Source: a virus (lineage: Duplodnaviria; Caudoviricetes). Taken from it: a DNA stretch of 64,000 nt. The first letter of the stretch is position 1; each line of letters begins with the position of its first letter. The stretch is taken from positions 32,001 to 96,000 of the IMG/VR virus record IMGVR_UViG_3300025838_000023, one strand, 5' to 3'. Below the pieces are notes generated by a model. It saw only the letters and a list, made by a program, of their open reading frames with translations. It did not search any database and had not been told where the DNA came from. This document shows, one piece after another, positions 22,638 through 32,598 of this stretch. Made by a program: the position numbers and the translations under genes.

Positions 22638-23153
22638 TTATAATACATCCTTCCATTTTTCGAGCATTTCTTCAGTAGATAGATTTCCTTTTTTAGGATT
22701 TATTTCACATCCTTCTAATGCTTTCCCTAATTGTTCATAAAGTTCTTTCGCTGCATTCAAAGAAAGTCGCACAGAAGGTTCAGCAAAACTTATCATAAAT
22801 GTATCCTCATAATCAATTGAAGGATTTTCAGGACGTTCTTCCTTATATACTCCATAAGGAAGCTTAATTGAATAATTATGCACACATGATTGAACAATAT
22901 CAGGAAATGGGCGATCTAACGCATCTTGTAATATTTTAGGAATTTTAGGTTCAATATTATGGTTTAGTTTTTCTGGTTGTATTGACATTCCTGCTCTATG
23001 TTCCGCAAAATTTTCACATGAAGGGCAAATCAAATCTTCTGTATGTCCTTCTGTGATAATTACTCGACAAACATTACATAAAGTTGCTCCTCTCCCATTA
23101 TTAAATTTATAAATTGGATTCATATTCAGTTTTTGTTCTATTATATCGTTCAT
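22638..23153 (-). CDS. Hypothetical protein (KFNNGRGATLC motif)
   Basis: ORF. Confidence 0.55.
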   Translation of the reverse strand: MNDIIEQKLNMNPIYKFNNGRGATLCNVCRVIITEGHTEDLICPSCENFAEHRAGMSIQPEKLNHNIEPKIPKILQDALDRPFPDIVQSCVHNYSIKLPYGVYKEERPENPSIDYEDTFMISFAEPSVRLSLNAAKELYEQLGKALEGCEINPKKGNLSTEEMLEKWKDVL

Positions 23154-23635
23154 TGCTTTCTAACCCCAACATCAACATATTCAGTTTTTGGAGTATATGG
23201 AAAAGTAACAACCACATGAGAATCCTTACCAGTGAAAGATGAAGTTTGTTCTACACCTTCTTCATCAAAATAATGTTCTGTAAATACTTTCCCTTGAACA
23301 TCATAACATTCACCATTTTTATCTTTAAAAACTCTACTACAACATTTATTCTGATATTTTGGCTTGACTCCCATATAATAAACATCATTCCATTCACTAT
23401 CTTCTCCTATTAATGGCGATAAAGTTTCAAACGCTAGAACCTTTTCCAGAATATTCAATGCATAAGCCGCAGAAAATCCTGAATGGCCTTCTTTGGAAAA
23501 CTCTTCAACCATGTGAAGAATATGGTTTCTCATAGCAACTTTCATAACATCATTACTATCTTCCGACATTCCGATTATATCCAATTCTTGTTTTGTGTGT
23601 TCTATTAAATTCATATTGTTTGTATTATAACTCAC
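23150..23635 (-). CDS. Conserved phage hypothetical protein
   Basis: EGHSGFSA..LSPL.GEDSEW..QNK..SRVFKD..FPYTP. Confidence 0.65.
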   Translation of the reverse strand: MSYNTNNMNLIEHTKQELDIIGMSEDSNDVMKVAMRNHILHMVEEFSKEGHSGFSAAYALNILEKVLAFETLSPLIGEDSEWNDVYYMGVKPKYQNKCCSRVFKDKNGECYDVQGKVFTEHYFDEEGVEQTSSFTGKDSHVVVTFPYTPKTEYVDVGVRKQ

Positions 23636-23859
23636 TTCCTGTAGATGTCAAACGCAGCTATCAATTCTAATCGTAAGTTTTCTCTACATGATTCCCTCGC
23701 TTCTCCAATAGCACCAGTTGAATCCACTAGAAACTCCAACATAGCAAAACTCAATTGTTCTTTCGATAAATGTGATAATTCATCAGGAACTATTCCATAA
23801 CCACGATATAAATCATAAACAGCACCACTTGAAAATTCTCCCACTGGTTTTTTATTCAT
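23632..23859 (-). CDS. Hypothetical protein
   Basis: ORF. Confidence 0.5.
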   Translation of the reverse strand: MNKKPVGEFSSGAVYDLYRGYGIVPDELSHLSKEQLSFAMLEFLVDSTGAIGEARESCRENLRLELIAAFDIYRK

Positions 23860-24133
23860 AATTCAAATCTTCTATTGTTGGGCGGGTCAATTCTTTTGGG
23901 GTATCTGTCAATTCTTCGATAAATTCTTCAACATCACACAATTCACCATCAATCCAAACCTCTCCATCTTCATCTTCTCTGATACCTCTGAAAAGCCCTG
24001 AACCTTCAGATTTTAAAACTTCCCATTGGATTTCTGTAGGCCGAACATTAATATATCGTGAATCCTCCCATAAAACTTCCGTTCCTTCTTTAAACCAAGT
24101 ATCTGCGTTTGCTATGAGTTTAACATATTTCAT
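23852..24133 (-). CDS. Hypothetical protein
   Basis: ORF. Confidence 0.5.
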   Translation of the reverse strand: MKYVKLIANADTWFKEGTEVLWEDSRYINVRPTEIQWEVLKSEGSGLFRGIREDEDGEVWIDGELCDVEEFIEELTDTPKELTRPTIEDLNYE

Positions 24134-24137
24134 AAAT

Positions 24138-24509
24138 TTAGTATTTTATCACAACTTGAGCATAACTAGGAAAATTTTTATAAACTTCTTCGCTGTTAGT
24201 TATCAATATTCCTTCTTGCCCATCAAACCAACTAATAGAATTATCATCAACTTTAATTGTGAATGGATGTTTCAATGAGGAATTAAATTCTTCCACTAAT
24301 GGGATTATATCTTTAATATCAAAATATTCAGAATACCAAAATGCATCACCATCTCCACCAGCACTAATACATTCTTCAAACAACCAAACTATTAGGTTCT
24401 TTATATGTTGTATGTTTATATCACCAATTTTGCAGTATCTCATGATAGTATCCTTTATAACATCCATGAATCTTTTGTAATAATTCAGGATTTTCAAATA
24501 TATTACCAA
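24138..24509 (-). CDS. Hypothetical protein
   Basis: ORF; true start probably MDVIKD. Confidence 0.45.
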   Translation of the reverse strand: MVIYLKILNYYKRFMDVIKDTIMRYCKIGDINIQHIKNLIVWLFEECISAGGDGDAFWYSEYFDIKDIIPLVEEFNSSLKHPFTIKVDDNSISWFDGQEGILITNSEEVYKNFPSYAQVVIKY

Positions 24510-24846
24510 TTATCATAGCATCACCAAATTGCCCATAGGTATCTCTAATTACCCACCCTGGATGATTGTCGTGTCCATTATCTGTTCTTCTAACTAAAAC
24601 TGTATCATATTGGAAATTTTTATCATATGTTTTAGTTCCCTCTTTATATTGAATAAAATCTCCGTCATAAATATCTATACCATTCGAATCTTGAATTCCT
24701 ATATATTGCTGCCAAACTAAATCTTTTTCAATAACATAAGTTCTTAATGCAGCAAAATCATCAAAAAAATCACTTAACGGATTTCCTTGCACTACATAAA
24801 TGTTCCTTTTCGGACACCAAACCCTAAATTTTATTTCTTGTTTCAT
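24421..24846 (-). CDS. YopX-family protein
   Basis: KFRVW..QQYIG..D.NG.DIYDGD..IGNIFENPELL. Confidence 0.85.
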   Translation of the reverse strand: MKQEIKFRVWCPKRNIYVVQGNPLSDFFDDFAALRTYVIEKDLVWQQYIGIQDSNGIDIYDGDFIQYKEGTKTYDKNFQYDTVLVRRTDNGHDNHPGWVIRDTYGQFGDAMIIGNIFENPELLQKIHGCYKGYYHEILQNW

Positions 24847-25015
24847 AATATTTGTTTTCCATCTTTATCAATATATACAGGATCATCAAATCCTCCTTGT
24901 CCACAATCATAACATTCCAATTCCATAATAACCGCAGCAGAAGGATCAAATGGTTCACGATCAACTAACTTCTCTCGTTTACATTTTGGACATTTAAGTT
25001 TTATTTTATCGAGTT

Positions 25016-25288
25016 TCATGCTAGTTTAATATATTCTAAATACTTTGGATATAATTCCGTCAATTTTTTAATCCTCTCAAATTCCGCTTTAGAAATCGTC
25101 CATCCTCCATAAGTTTCATTTTTAAATGTTCTATTTGTGAAGTGTAATTCTCTTTCGAAAATAGAATTGATGAAAGTTCCAGATATATGTATTGGGACAT
25201 CTATACTTTCCCATATTTTATCATTTTCTTGGGAAACAATTTTAGTGAACCATTGGACGCTATTATCAATTATTAGGTAATATTTCAT
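25016..25288 (-). CDS. Hypothetical protein
   Basis: ORF. Confidence 0.5.
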   Translation of the reverse strand: MKYYLIIDNSVQWFTKIVSQENDKIWESIDVPIHISGTFINSIFERELHFTNRTFKNETYGGWTISKAEFERIKKLTELYPKYLEYIKLA

Positions 25289-25557
25289 ATTTTATTATGT
25301 TGTATATATACATCTGCAATAATAGAAACTTTTGCATTACGCACTTGTTTTCTATTAAAAATGTTCATCCACAATTTCTTAAACCATGACCAAGAATTAT
25401 ATACCGTTTTAACATCAATACGACAGTTATCAGTAGGCAATGTTTTTAGTATTGATTCTTTAATGTTGTTCGTTGTAGTTTCCGTTATAGGTTCGAAAAC
25501 ATACCCTGATAATGTTTCTTTCAATCTTTGCTCTAGTTCGTTATTATATATTGTCAT
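25285..25557 (-). CDS. Hypothetical protein
   Basis: ORF. Confidence 0.5.
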   Translation of the reverse strand: MTIYNNELEQRLKETLSGYVFEPITETTTNNIKESILKTLPTDNCRIDVKTVYNSWSWFKKLWMNIFNRKQVRNAKVSIIADVYIQHNKI

Positions 25558-25558
25558 A

Positions 25559-25990
25559 TTATTTTAAAATTTCAGGATGTTCTAATATATTTCCAATTAC
25601 CTCTACATCATATATATTATCAATATTGCAGCTTGATTCAGAATATAAATGATTAAATGAAACTACCCATTCCGCAATATTACTACTAGGATTTGCATAC
25701 CAAATATGTCCAATAACTTCTTGGCCTTCTCTTATCCAATCTTCTATATCATAATCGAAATATTGACATTTAACTTTCAATAAATCCCCCTCATAAATTT
25801 CATTTCCGTTTATATCCTTTAATCCAGTATATTGTTGGATAATACAATCACTTATAAGATATGCTCCTCCACATTTTCCTAAATATGTCATATATCCTTT
25901 TCTATCCGTGCTTTCAAACATTGGGTATAAATCTGTCCATTTCTTATCTACAATACTCCAAACTCTAAATTTTATTTCTCTGGTATTCAT
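25559..25990 (-). CDS. YopX-family protein
   Basis: REIKFRVW..QQYTGLKDINGNEIYEGD..VIGNI. Confidence 0.88.
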   Translation of the reverse strand: MNTREIKFRVWSIVDKKWTDLYPMFESTDRKGYMTYLGKCGGAYLISDCIIQQYTGLKDINGNEIYEGDLLKVKCQYFDYDIEDWIREGQEVIGHIWYANPSSNIAEWVVSFNHLYSESSCNIDNIYDVEVIGNILEHPEILK

Positions 25991-25993
25991 ATT

Positions 25994-26260
25994 TTAAATT
26001 TCCCAAGTTGTCCAGCTAACTCTATCTCCACACTGTTCGCAATTATGTTCATCAAAATCATAATCACTATATTGAAAAATCTTTACAAAATCTTGAAATT
26101 GCACTGATCCTTCTTCTAATTGTATTTTAAATTGTTCATACAAATAATCAAGAACTTCTAATTGTTTTTCTTTGGATATATCAATTAAAGATATTCCATT
26201 AATAGTAAAATCAAAAGCTGTGCATCCTTCAATTTCTACGAATTTATATTTTGTAATCAT
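25994..26260 (-). CDS. Hypothetical protein
   Basis: ORF. Confidence 0.5.
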   Translation of the reverse strand: MITKYKFVEIEGCTAFDFTINGISLIDISKEKQLEVLDYLYEQFKIQLEEGSVQFQDFVKIFQYSDYDFDEHNCEQCGDRVSWTTWEI

Positions 26261-26261
26261 A

Positions 26262-26603
26262 TTATTTTGTTAATTCTTCCCAAGTGAAACTATTTAAACA
26301 TTCTTGTTCTTCTTCCGTTAGATTTCTTTGTGATCCTAGAAGGTTATCCGCAAAATCTTCAAGTTCCTTTTCTCTATTTAAACCAACAGGAGGATACCAA
26401 CTTACATGCGCATCCACTGTCCTCGTTAGCAACTTAATATTATGTTCCGAAGGTTCAATTACTACCACTTTATTTTCTTGCGTTAATCCTACAATATAAG
26501 AACCATCAAAATCCTTAACGAAATTTTTCAAATCTTCACTTAAATCACTATCCAATATTGCGGCGACAGTAACTAATCCTCGTTCGTCTCTTAAATCTTT
26601 CAT
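26262..26603 (-). CDS. Hypothetical protein
   Basis: ORF. Confidence 0.5.
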   Translation of the reverse strand: MKDLRDERGLVTVAAILDSDLSEDLKNFVKDFDGSYIVGLTQENKVVVIEPSEHNIKLLTRTVDAHVSWYPPVGLNREKELEDFADNLLGSQRNLTEEEQECLNSFTWEELTK

Positions 26604-27190
26604 AATTGTTTTTTATATATTTTAATTCTATACTCCGAAAAAGAACTAGTATTTCCCCAATAAGCATTCATATCGTCTATATCAAATTCTTTATCATCTC
26701 TTGTTATTACCGTTACAGTATATCCCTCTTTAGTTGCACTGTCAATTATTTTTTTCCAAAATGCTTCTCCTTGAGTGCTATGTTGTTTATCACTAATAAC
26801 AAAACTATAATTCTTTAGATAATACGAAAACAATAATTCTCTAGCTGATCCTTTATGTCGCATATCATTCCATACCCCTAAAGATTGAATTCCATTTTCA
26901 GGAACTGATTGAAACATATAATAACAACTAATAAATGGTTGTTTCGTTATCCAATAATCCATAAACCGTCCAGTAACATAGACATCCCGATACAATCCCA
27001 ATTCTACGCTTAAAGGAGTTTGGTTTATAATATGTGGATAACTTTCAACTACATTCTTTGCATTTTCTACATTGAACATCATATTATCCAAATCTTCTCC
27101 ATAATTTCTACCAATCCTTTGCGGAGATTCTATGAGTTTCACTTCTTTCTCTCTATAATATTCAAGAAATGTTTTAAAATTTGAAGTCAT
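26600..27190 (-). CDS. Hypothetical protein, paralogue of 58336-60031 family
   Basis: FKTFLEYY..IESPQR; ISDKQHSTQGEAFWKKII; YWGN..YRIKIYKK. Confidence 0.7.
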   Translation of the reverse strand: MTSNFKTFLEYYREKEVKLIESPQRIGRNYGEDLDNMMFNVENAKNVVESYPHIINQTPLSVELGLYRDVYVTGRFMDYWITKQPFISCYYMFQSVPENGIQSLGVWNDMRHKGSARELLFSYYLKNYSFVISDKQHSTQGEAFWKKIIDSATKEGYTVTVITRDDKEFDIDDMNAYWGNTSSFSEYRIKIYKKQL

Positions 27191-27194
27191 AATT

Positions 27195-27443
27195 TCATCT
27201 TTTCACTTGTTTACCATAATAGTGATATTTTTCTGCATCCTTTTTCGAATCATATCTATTCCATTCTCCGCACTCCAAACATATAGCGTCAACCCAATAA
27301 CAATCATCGTTACTGCACCAATTTCCTGTATCTGCCCCATACTTACAATACGCTGTTTCGTGATTACATGCTGCTCTAATTTCTTCAATACGAGCTTCCG
27401 CAATATCAATTTTCTTCTGTAATTTTATAATTTCTTTATTCAT
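27195..27443 (-). CDS. Hypothetical protein
   Basis: ORF. Confidence 0.5.
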   Translation of the reverse strand: MNKEIIKLQKKIDIAEARIEEIRAACNHETAYCKYGADTGNWCSNDDCYWVDAICLECGEWNRYDSKKDAEKYHYYGKQVKR

Positions 27444-27649
27444 ACTAATCCTGTAATAATATTCTTTTGGTCGATCAAATAATTCACTTCATCCGCATCA
27501 ACTCTAAAATTATGGTGGGTTGACATTAACGAAACAATATCATTAATCGACATACCTCTCAAATAATTCGAATAAATGGTTTCTACTACATTAATATTCC
27601 ATTGTTCTAGAGGCAATAATACAAAAGGTGATATATTTTTAGATTTCAT
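27440..27649 (-). CDS. Hypothetical protein
   Basis: ORF. Confidence 0.45.
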   Translation of the reverse strand: MKSKNISPFVLLPLEQWNINVVETIYSNYLRGMSINDIVSLMSTHHNFRVDADEVNYLIDQKNIITGLV

Positions 27650-27651
27650 GT

Positions 27652-28641
27652 TTAAAATTTAATTAAAGGTTTCCACCAATGCTCATTATTCAAATACCAA
27701 TCTATAGTATTCTTAATTCCTGATTCAAATGTATGAGAAGGTTTCCAGCCTATAGTATCACGAATTTTACTAGAATCAATAGCATATCTCCAATCATGCC
27801 CCTTTCTATCCTCCACGAACGTAATCAAACTCATAGGTTTACCCAAATGATTCAAAATAGTTTCTACAATTTCGATGTTCGGTTTTTCGTTATTTGATCC
27901 TATATTATATACTTCTCCAGCTTCTCCATCAAATAAAACAGCCGCAACAGCAGAACAATGATCATCAACATGAATCCAATCTCTGACATTGTTTCCCGTT
28001 CCATATATAGGTAAAGATTTATCATTCTTCGCCAACAATATCATTAATGGAATCAATTTTTCAGGATATTGATAAGCACCATAATTATTCGAACAACGAG
28101 TAACAACAACATCCATATCATACGTTTTGTGATAGGACAATGCAATCAAATCCGCAGAAGTTTTACTGGCAGAATATGGAGAACTTGGTTGTAAAGGTGA
28201 AGTTTCCGTAAATGCTCCAATATCTCCTAATGATCCATATACTTCATCCGTTGATATTTGCAAAAATCTTTTAACTTTATGATTCTTTGCACACTCAAGA
28301 AGATTACTAGTGCCTAAAACATTAGTCGTTACGAATATTTGTGGAGTGTAAATGCTTCTATCCACATGAGTTTCTGCTGCAAAATTAACCACATAATCAA
28401 AAGAATTTTCCTGAAAAACTCTATTAATCCTTTCATCATGTGAAATATTAGTATTATAATGGTTATATCTATCTCTATACCCTTCCCATACATCATGCAA
28501 ATTTGTATAGTTTCCAGCATAAGTCATATTATCTACATTCGTAATATAAACATTCAAATAATGTTTAAGCATATATCGAATGAAATTACTACCAATAAAT
28601 CCATATCCACCAGTAACTAAAATGTTAATTTTCTTGTTCAT
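27652..28641 (-). CDS. rfbB: dTDP-glucose 4,6-dehydratase
   Basis: TGGYGFIGSNF, AAETHVDRSI, STDEVYG, PYSASK, RCSNNYG, GHDWRY. Confidence 0.95.
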   Translation of the reverse strand: MNKKINILVTGGYGFIGSNFIRYMLKHYLNVYITNVDNMTYAGNYTNLHDVWEGYRDRYNHYNTNISHDERINRVFQENSFDYVVNFAAETHVDRSIYTPQIFVTTNVLGTSNLLECAKNHKVKRFLQISTDEVYGSLGDIGAFTETSPLQPSSPYSASKTSADLIALSYHKTYDMDVVVTRCSNNYGAYQYPEKLIPLMILLAKNDKSLPIYGTGNNVRDWIHVDDHCSAVAAVLFDGEAGEVYNIGSNNEKPNIEIVETILNHLGKPMSLITFVEDRKGHDWRYAIDSSKIRDTIGWKPSHTFESGIKNTIDWYLNNEHWWKPLIKF

Positions 28642-28644
28642 ATT

Positions 28645-29328
28645 TTATTCTTTCACTGCAAATAACAGAATATTATCTTCTTCTGCAAGTTTATCTTCAA
28701 AATGTATATTAAATTCTGTGAGAAATTTATTAAACAAAAATTTATAAAAATCAAGACGTTTATTGTCTTTTTTATCTACTCTAACCATAAACGCTTTAAT
28801 GTTTCTCATATTATTTCTAATTGATATTCTATCTAATATAGCATTTTTTAGTGTGATAAAAAGTTCTTTGGCATACATTTGAATTTCTCCCGTTCTTTCA
28901 AATCTTCCCATTTCATCTTTAAACATAATAATACAAATATATTCCGAATCATTAATAGTTGCGAAATGTTTTTTATATTCTGTTGCTAAAATATTATCCT
29001 TTTTATATTCAGCATTAACCCTTTTCTTATCAATACTACTTTTTGCAGATTTTCCATTCACATAGTTAAGATGTAATTGAAATGTTTTTCCATTATGTAG
29101 AACAATTTTATATACATCTTCGGTTCCATCTTTAGTGGTAATATTGCTATGTATCCTATCAAAACTTTCCAAAACATAATCATAGATATCCATAGAATTT
29201 AAATTTGAAAACTCTTCATCAATCTTTATAAAATCTTCCCATATAAAATCCGGCTTGTCTACTACAAAATAATCAGTTTTATGAATAAAATCATATAATT
29301 TTTTTATGTTTTTATTATCACTATTCAT
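28645..29328 (-). CDS. Hypothetical protein, paralogue of 18618-19262
   Basis: ORF with shared pattern. Confidence 0.55.
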   Translation of the reverse strand: MNSDNKNIKKLYDFIHKTDYFVVDKPDFIWEDFIKIDEEFSNLNSMDIYDYVLESFDRIHSNITTKDGTEDVYKIVLHNGKTFQLHLNYVNGKSAKSSIDKKRVNAEYKKDNILATEYKKHFATINDSEYICIIMFKDEMGRFERTGEIQMYAKELFITLKNAILDRISIRNNMRNIKAFMVRVDKKDNKRLDFYKFLFNKFLTEFNIHFEDKLAEEDNILLFAVKE

Positions 29329-29329
29329 A

Positions 29330-29743
29330 TTATTTCAACAATTCAGGATTTTCATAAATATTACCAACAATTTCATAGTATTTATTTTCTGCTTTAAGAT
29401 TCCATTGTATACTATTATCTATCGCAATCAATATCCATCCATTGTAATAATTATATTTGAAACTACCATCCGCCCAAGTTACAATCATTAAAGATCGAGT
29501 ATTCGTTTTTATAAGATCACCTTCATAGATTTCAATACCATTCATATCATTTATTCCAGTGTATTGTTCTATAATCCAATCATCATCTATAAAAGGAAAC
29601 TGAAATTCATAACGGAAATCATGATCTTTCTCCCACATAAACCACAATCCATCATCATTTTCTATCTGCACAAATTTCATTGCACCTTCTACAGTTTCAA
29701 AATCTGGCGTATACCATGCTCTAAATTTTAATTCTCTTTTCAT
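29330..29743 (-). CDS. YopX-family protein
   Basis: RELKFRAW..EQYTG.ND.NG.EIYEGD..VGNIYENPELL. Confidence 0.88.
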   Translation of the reverse strand: MKRELKFRAWYTPDFETVEGAMKFVQIENDDGLWFMWEKDHDFRYEFQFPFIDDDWIIEQYTGINDMNGIEIYEGDLIKTNTRSLMIVTWADGSFKYNYYNGWILIAIDNSIQWNLKAENKYYEIVGNIYENPELLK

Positions 29744-29744
29744 A

Positions 29745-30251
29745 TTATTCTTCTTTTGGTAGATGTTTAATATTATCATGCAAAATATCATAAGCGGTTT
29801 CATAATACTTCAACAAACATTGAAGATCAACAAACCATTCATCTTGATCTGAAGTCGAAATAACCGCAGAAGTTTCTAAAAGATTGTATAAAACATCTAA
29901 TACATCAAAAAATTTCTTGCGATATATTGTCAATTCTTCTTTATATTTTTCTCGTTCTTTAATTGCATTCAAAGCTACTTGACGTTCTGCTGTCATTGCA
30001 TTTGTTTTTAACCCCTCATGAAAAGTATAAAATATATCTTCTACATCAAATGCCTTTCTACAAGAAGTTTTTTCAAATTCTGACATTGCATTACAAGGAA
30101 TTCCATTATTTTTATATGCTTCCTTCATCTGCTCCGCTACCTTAACCGCATATATAGGAGGATAATCACCAATACGATACGGAACTATAGCATCCTCAGT
30201 CTCCTTCGTGATATTTCTCAAATCTTCTTTAAGTTTCTCTATTTCTTGCAT
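29745..30251 (-). CDS. Hypothetical protein
   Basis: ORF. Confidence 0.5.
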   Translation of the reverse strand: MQEIEKLKEDLRNITKETEDAIVPYRIGDYPPIYAVKVAEQMKEAYKNNGIPCNAMSEFEKTSCRKAFDVEDIFYTFHEGLKTNAMTAERQVALNAIKEREKYKEELTIYRKKFFDVLDVLYNLLETSAVISTSDQDEWFVDLQCLLKYYETAYDILHDNIKHLPKEE

Positions 30252-30287
30252 ATTTTCATGTTATCACAAAAAAACAAAAAGTCAAAA

Positions 30288-30956
30288 TCATATGGATTTC
30301 TTCTTAGTATATTTTTTGAAAACTTTCTTAAATGGTTTACTATATACCTTCATCATATCAAGAGAAACCTCATCAAAAAAATCATCAGAAGGTCGATGTG
30401 TTGAAAGATATGCATGAATTTCATCATCATATACTTTTGGCGTATATCCCATAAATTTCAATTGCTTGCCCATATAATACTTCAATTTTTTTGGAAGATT
30501 ATTAACCAAGGCCAACATCTCTTGTTTATACTCGGCATTAGTATAAAACAAAGCATGTGCCAATTCATGTTCAAACACACAACCATATGTAGTATCAGTT
30601 CCTATAATGTATGAACCACTCTCATTTATTTGATCTAATATCTTACAATCAAAAATTTCATCGTATGGAGTTTGATATTTATAATTTAGTTTTTCGTAAC
30701 ATTCCTTCGCAATATCAAAAGGCAAATTAAATCCTGCCCAATCAGAAGCATACGTGAACGCTCCTGATCTTTTTGACTGTGCAGAATACCACTTCATAAA
30801 ATCAAAAAAACAAAATGCCTTATTACGAAATTTTGCACTAGGAGATTCGTAATATTCCTGCGCTCTCAAAAATAATAAATTCCTATCATATGAATTAGGA
30901 ACAATAACCGCATATATTTTATCCGCAATTTTTTGTATTGTCAATTTTATTTGCAT
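30288..30956 (-). CDS. Hypothetical protein with HExxH metalloprotease-like motif
   Basis: RAQEYYESP, WAGFN, HELAH, DEIHAY. Confidence 0.6.
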   Translation of the reverse strand: MQIKLTIQKIADKIYAVIVPNSYDRNLLFLRAQEYYESPSAKFRNKAFCFFDFMKWYSAQSKRSGAFTYASDWAGFNLPFDIAKECYEKLNYKYQTPYDEIFDCKILDQINESGSYIIGTDTTYGCVFEHELAHALFYTNAEYKQEMLALVNNLPKKLKYYMGKQLKFMGYTPKVYDDEIHAYLSTHRPSDDFFDEVSLDMMKVYSKPFKKVFKKYTKKKSI

Positions 30957-31003
30957 TTTCAGATTATATCACAAAATTTAATAAGCACAATAAAAATTTA
31001 CAC

Positions 31004-31032
31004 AAAAAAACCGAAGGACATTAATCCTTCGG
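31004..31032 (-). terminator. Intrinsic terminator of GOLLD-like RNA
   Basis: CCGAAGGA-loop-TCCTTCGG + T7 on - strand. Confidence 0.85.
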
Positions 31033-31376
31033 AAGTTTAGAACACGGTTGAGATTAAACCGTTTGTAGTATCACCTTCGGAACATTATAGTATAATTGCG
31101 TCATACTTTCTTTCCTTATCCTCGTAACCCCTACTTAAAGGCAATTACGACTGATACCAAAGCTGCTTTTTTATAGATGTAGCATTTCATCTGAAATGTT
31201 AAGTTATTCTACCTTCCTCTTACACTCAAGCTTGCGACCTGTTCAACTCCGCTAAGAGTTTAGCTGCGATTCCGATAAACAATCTGAAACCTTGCGAGTC
31301 TCACACTGCCCTAATTATGTTACCATTTAGGGATTAAGCCATTTTCGCTTAACATCACCAACGACTTTGCTGTTTG

Positions 31377-31830
31377 TAGTAATAATCGGATTTGAACCGA
31401 TAACATTTAGTTTAATAGAGTTATCATAAGCATAGAAGAATATAACTATTTTCTAGATTTATGCCTTAAAGACTTTTTATTCTATTTTATAGGATTTAAA
31501 AGGAAATCTATAACTCAATTTAGATTTCTTTAATTTGGAATATAACGTTTCTATGAACCAATTTTAGTATTTGATCTACCATTTTCTTCCAATGAGTAGG
31601 AAGAATACTAAAACCAATTCAAAGATATATTTTATATCCATTTTTATTATCATCTTTCAATGATAAAAATTGTTTTATTATAATAGTATTTATTCTACTT
31701 TATATCAAAATCAAGAGATAAATATAAAAATAATTTAAATTGTATAATATTTTTCTTAACTTATCTTAAAAATGTTATATTATGTATTAAGTTTTATTAG
31801 ACTAATGCGCTACCATTGCGCTATATTGCA
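31377..31830 (-). tRNA. tRNA-like domain (anticodon ATT, Asn-type) embedded in the ncRNA and interrupted by mini-element A
   Basis: After removing 31419-31800: D arm GCGC-AATGGTA-GCGC, TTAGT-CTATTAA-ACTAA, T arm ATCGG-TTCAAAT-CCGAT; weak acceptor stem. Confidence 0.65.
31419..31800 (-). mobile_element. Non-coding IS607-derived mini-element A, copy 1
   Basis: Near-identical to 47939-48303; TCT core at both junctions; left end matches 63219ff; right part is a decayed tnpB 3' end. Confidence 0.85.
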
Positions 31831-32371
31831 ACCTATCCAAGTGGAGCGTTGGTTGTAGCCTCATTCTCTTTTGAAGAACGGATACTACTCCACTTATATC
31901 TTTCTCTTGCGGATACTTGATGTTATTTCTAGATCGAAGCTGAAAATTAAAGTAATCAACTTAAACCTATCATAATGCTACTAAGCCCTTGGTTGCTTAA
32001 CGACCTCGAACCTAATAACTCCCCTTTACTGTCAAAACTCAATGTTTGGCATAGAATCGTTTCAGACGCTACTCTTTAGAATCAAATATACTACAGTGTT
32101 ACCCTCATATATCTAATTCCCGATTCCCATTTTCGCTTATACCTCACGAGTATGAGTCGTAAGGATACCAGGCGGGTTTGCATAAATGTCCATATTGCTA
32201 TGGTGCGGCTCTGTAGGAGAATTCCGCTTTCCTCACCTTTCGATGATGTATCTTCATCTCCACCTTTCGATGGAAATTGTTGGACGTTATACCGCCCAAA
32301 ATTTTTAAAATGTAAAAGATCAAAACAAACTTCAGTTTGCTTATTGTTATCTTATTTATCCAAATCCGAAG

Positions 32372-32590
32372 ATTTTTCTAAACAAGATTCAATTTATTGT
32401 TTAAGTAGTTTACCAGTTTTTTCAAATTGTCAAACTATTTTTCTAAACAAGATTCAATTTATTGTTTAAGTAGTTTACCAGTTTTTTCAAATTGTCAAAC
32501 TATTTTTCAATTTTTTATTTCATCTAATTGATAGTTACTTCAATTTCAATGTTTAAGTAGTTTACCAGATTTTTAGAAATATGCAAGAAC
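32372..32590 (-). promoter_or_regulatory. Tandem 65-bp duplication (plus a third degenerate copy) each carrying a TTGACA..TGGTAAACT promoter
   Basis: Direct repeat starting at 32372 and 32437; extended -10; points into the GOLLD-like RNA. Confidence 0.7.
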
Positions 32591-32598
32591 TTTTTTAA

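Larger units (their letters stand above)
31045..32300 (-). ncRNA. GOLLD-like giant ncRNA (~870 nt excluding the inserted mini-element)
   Basis: GC-richer, ORF-free, many GNRA/GCAA hairpins; own promoters and terminator; ends CGGTTTAATCTCAACCG; embedded tRNA. Family assignment is from recalled GOLLD features. Confidence 0.65.

Noticed and set aside
31419-31800. Group I intron / IStron in a tRNA anticodon loop
   Set aside because: The position is intron-like, but I see no P7-type core, and the second copy lies antisense within its host ORF. Homology to tnpB element ends explains it better.
32152-32469. + strand 105-aa ORF, and similar ORFs at 43690, 46643, 52682, 53942, 54481 and 54848
   Set aside because: Antisense shadows of structured RNAs or tRNAs.
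32372-32508. CRISPR array
   Set aside because: A 65-bp tandem duplication without unique spacers; it contains promoter motifs; no cas genes.
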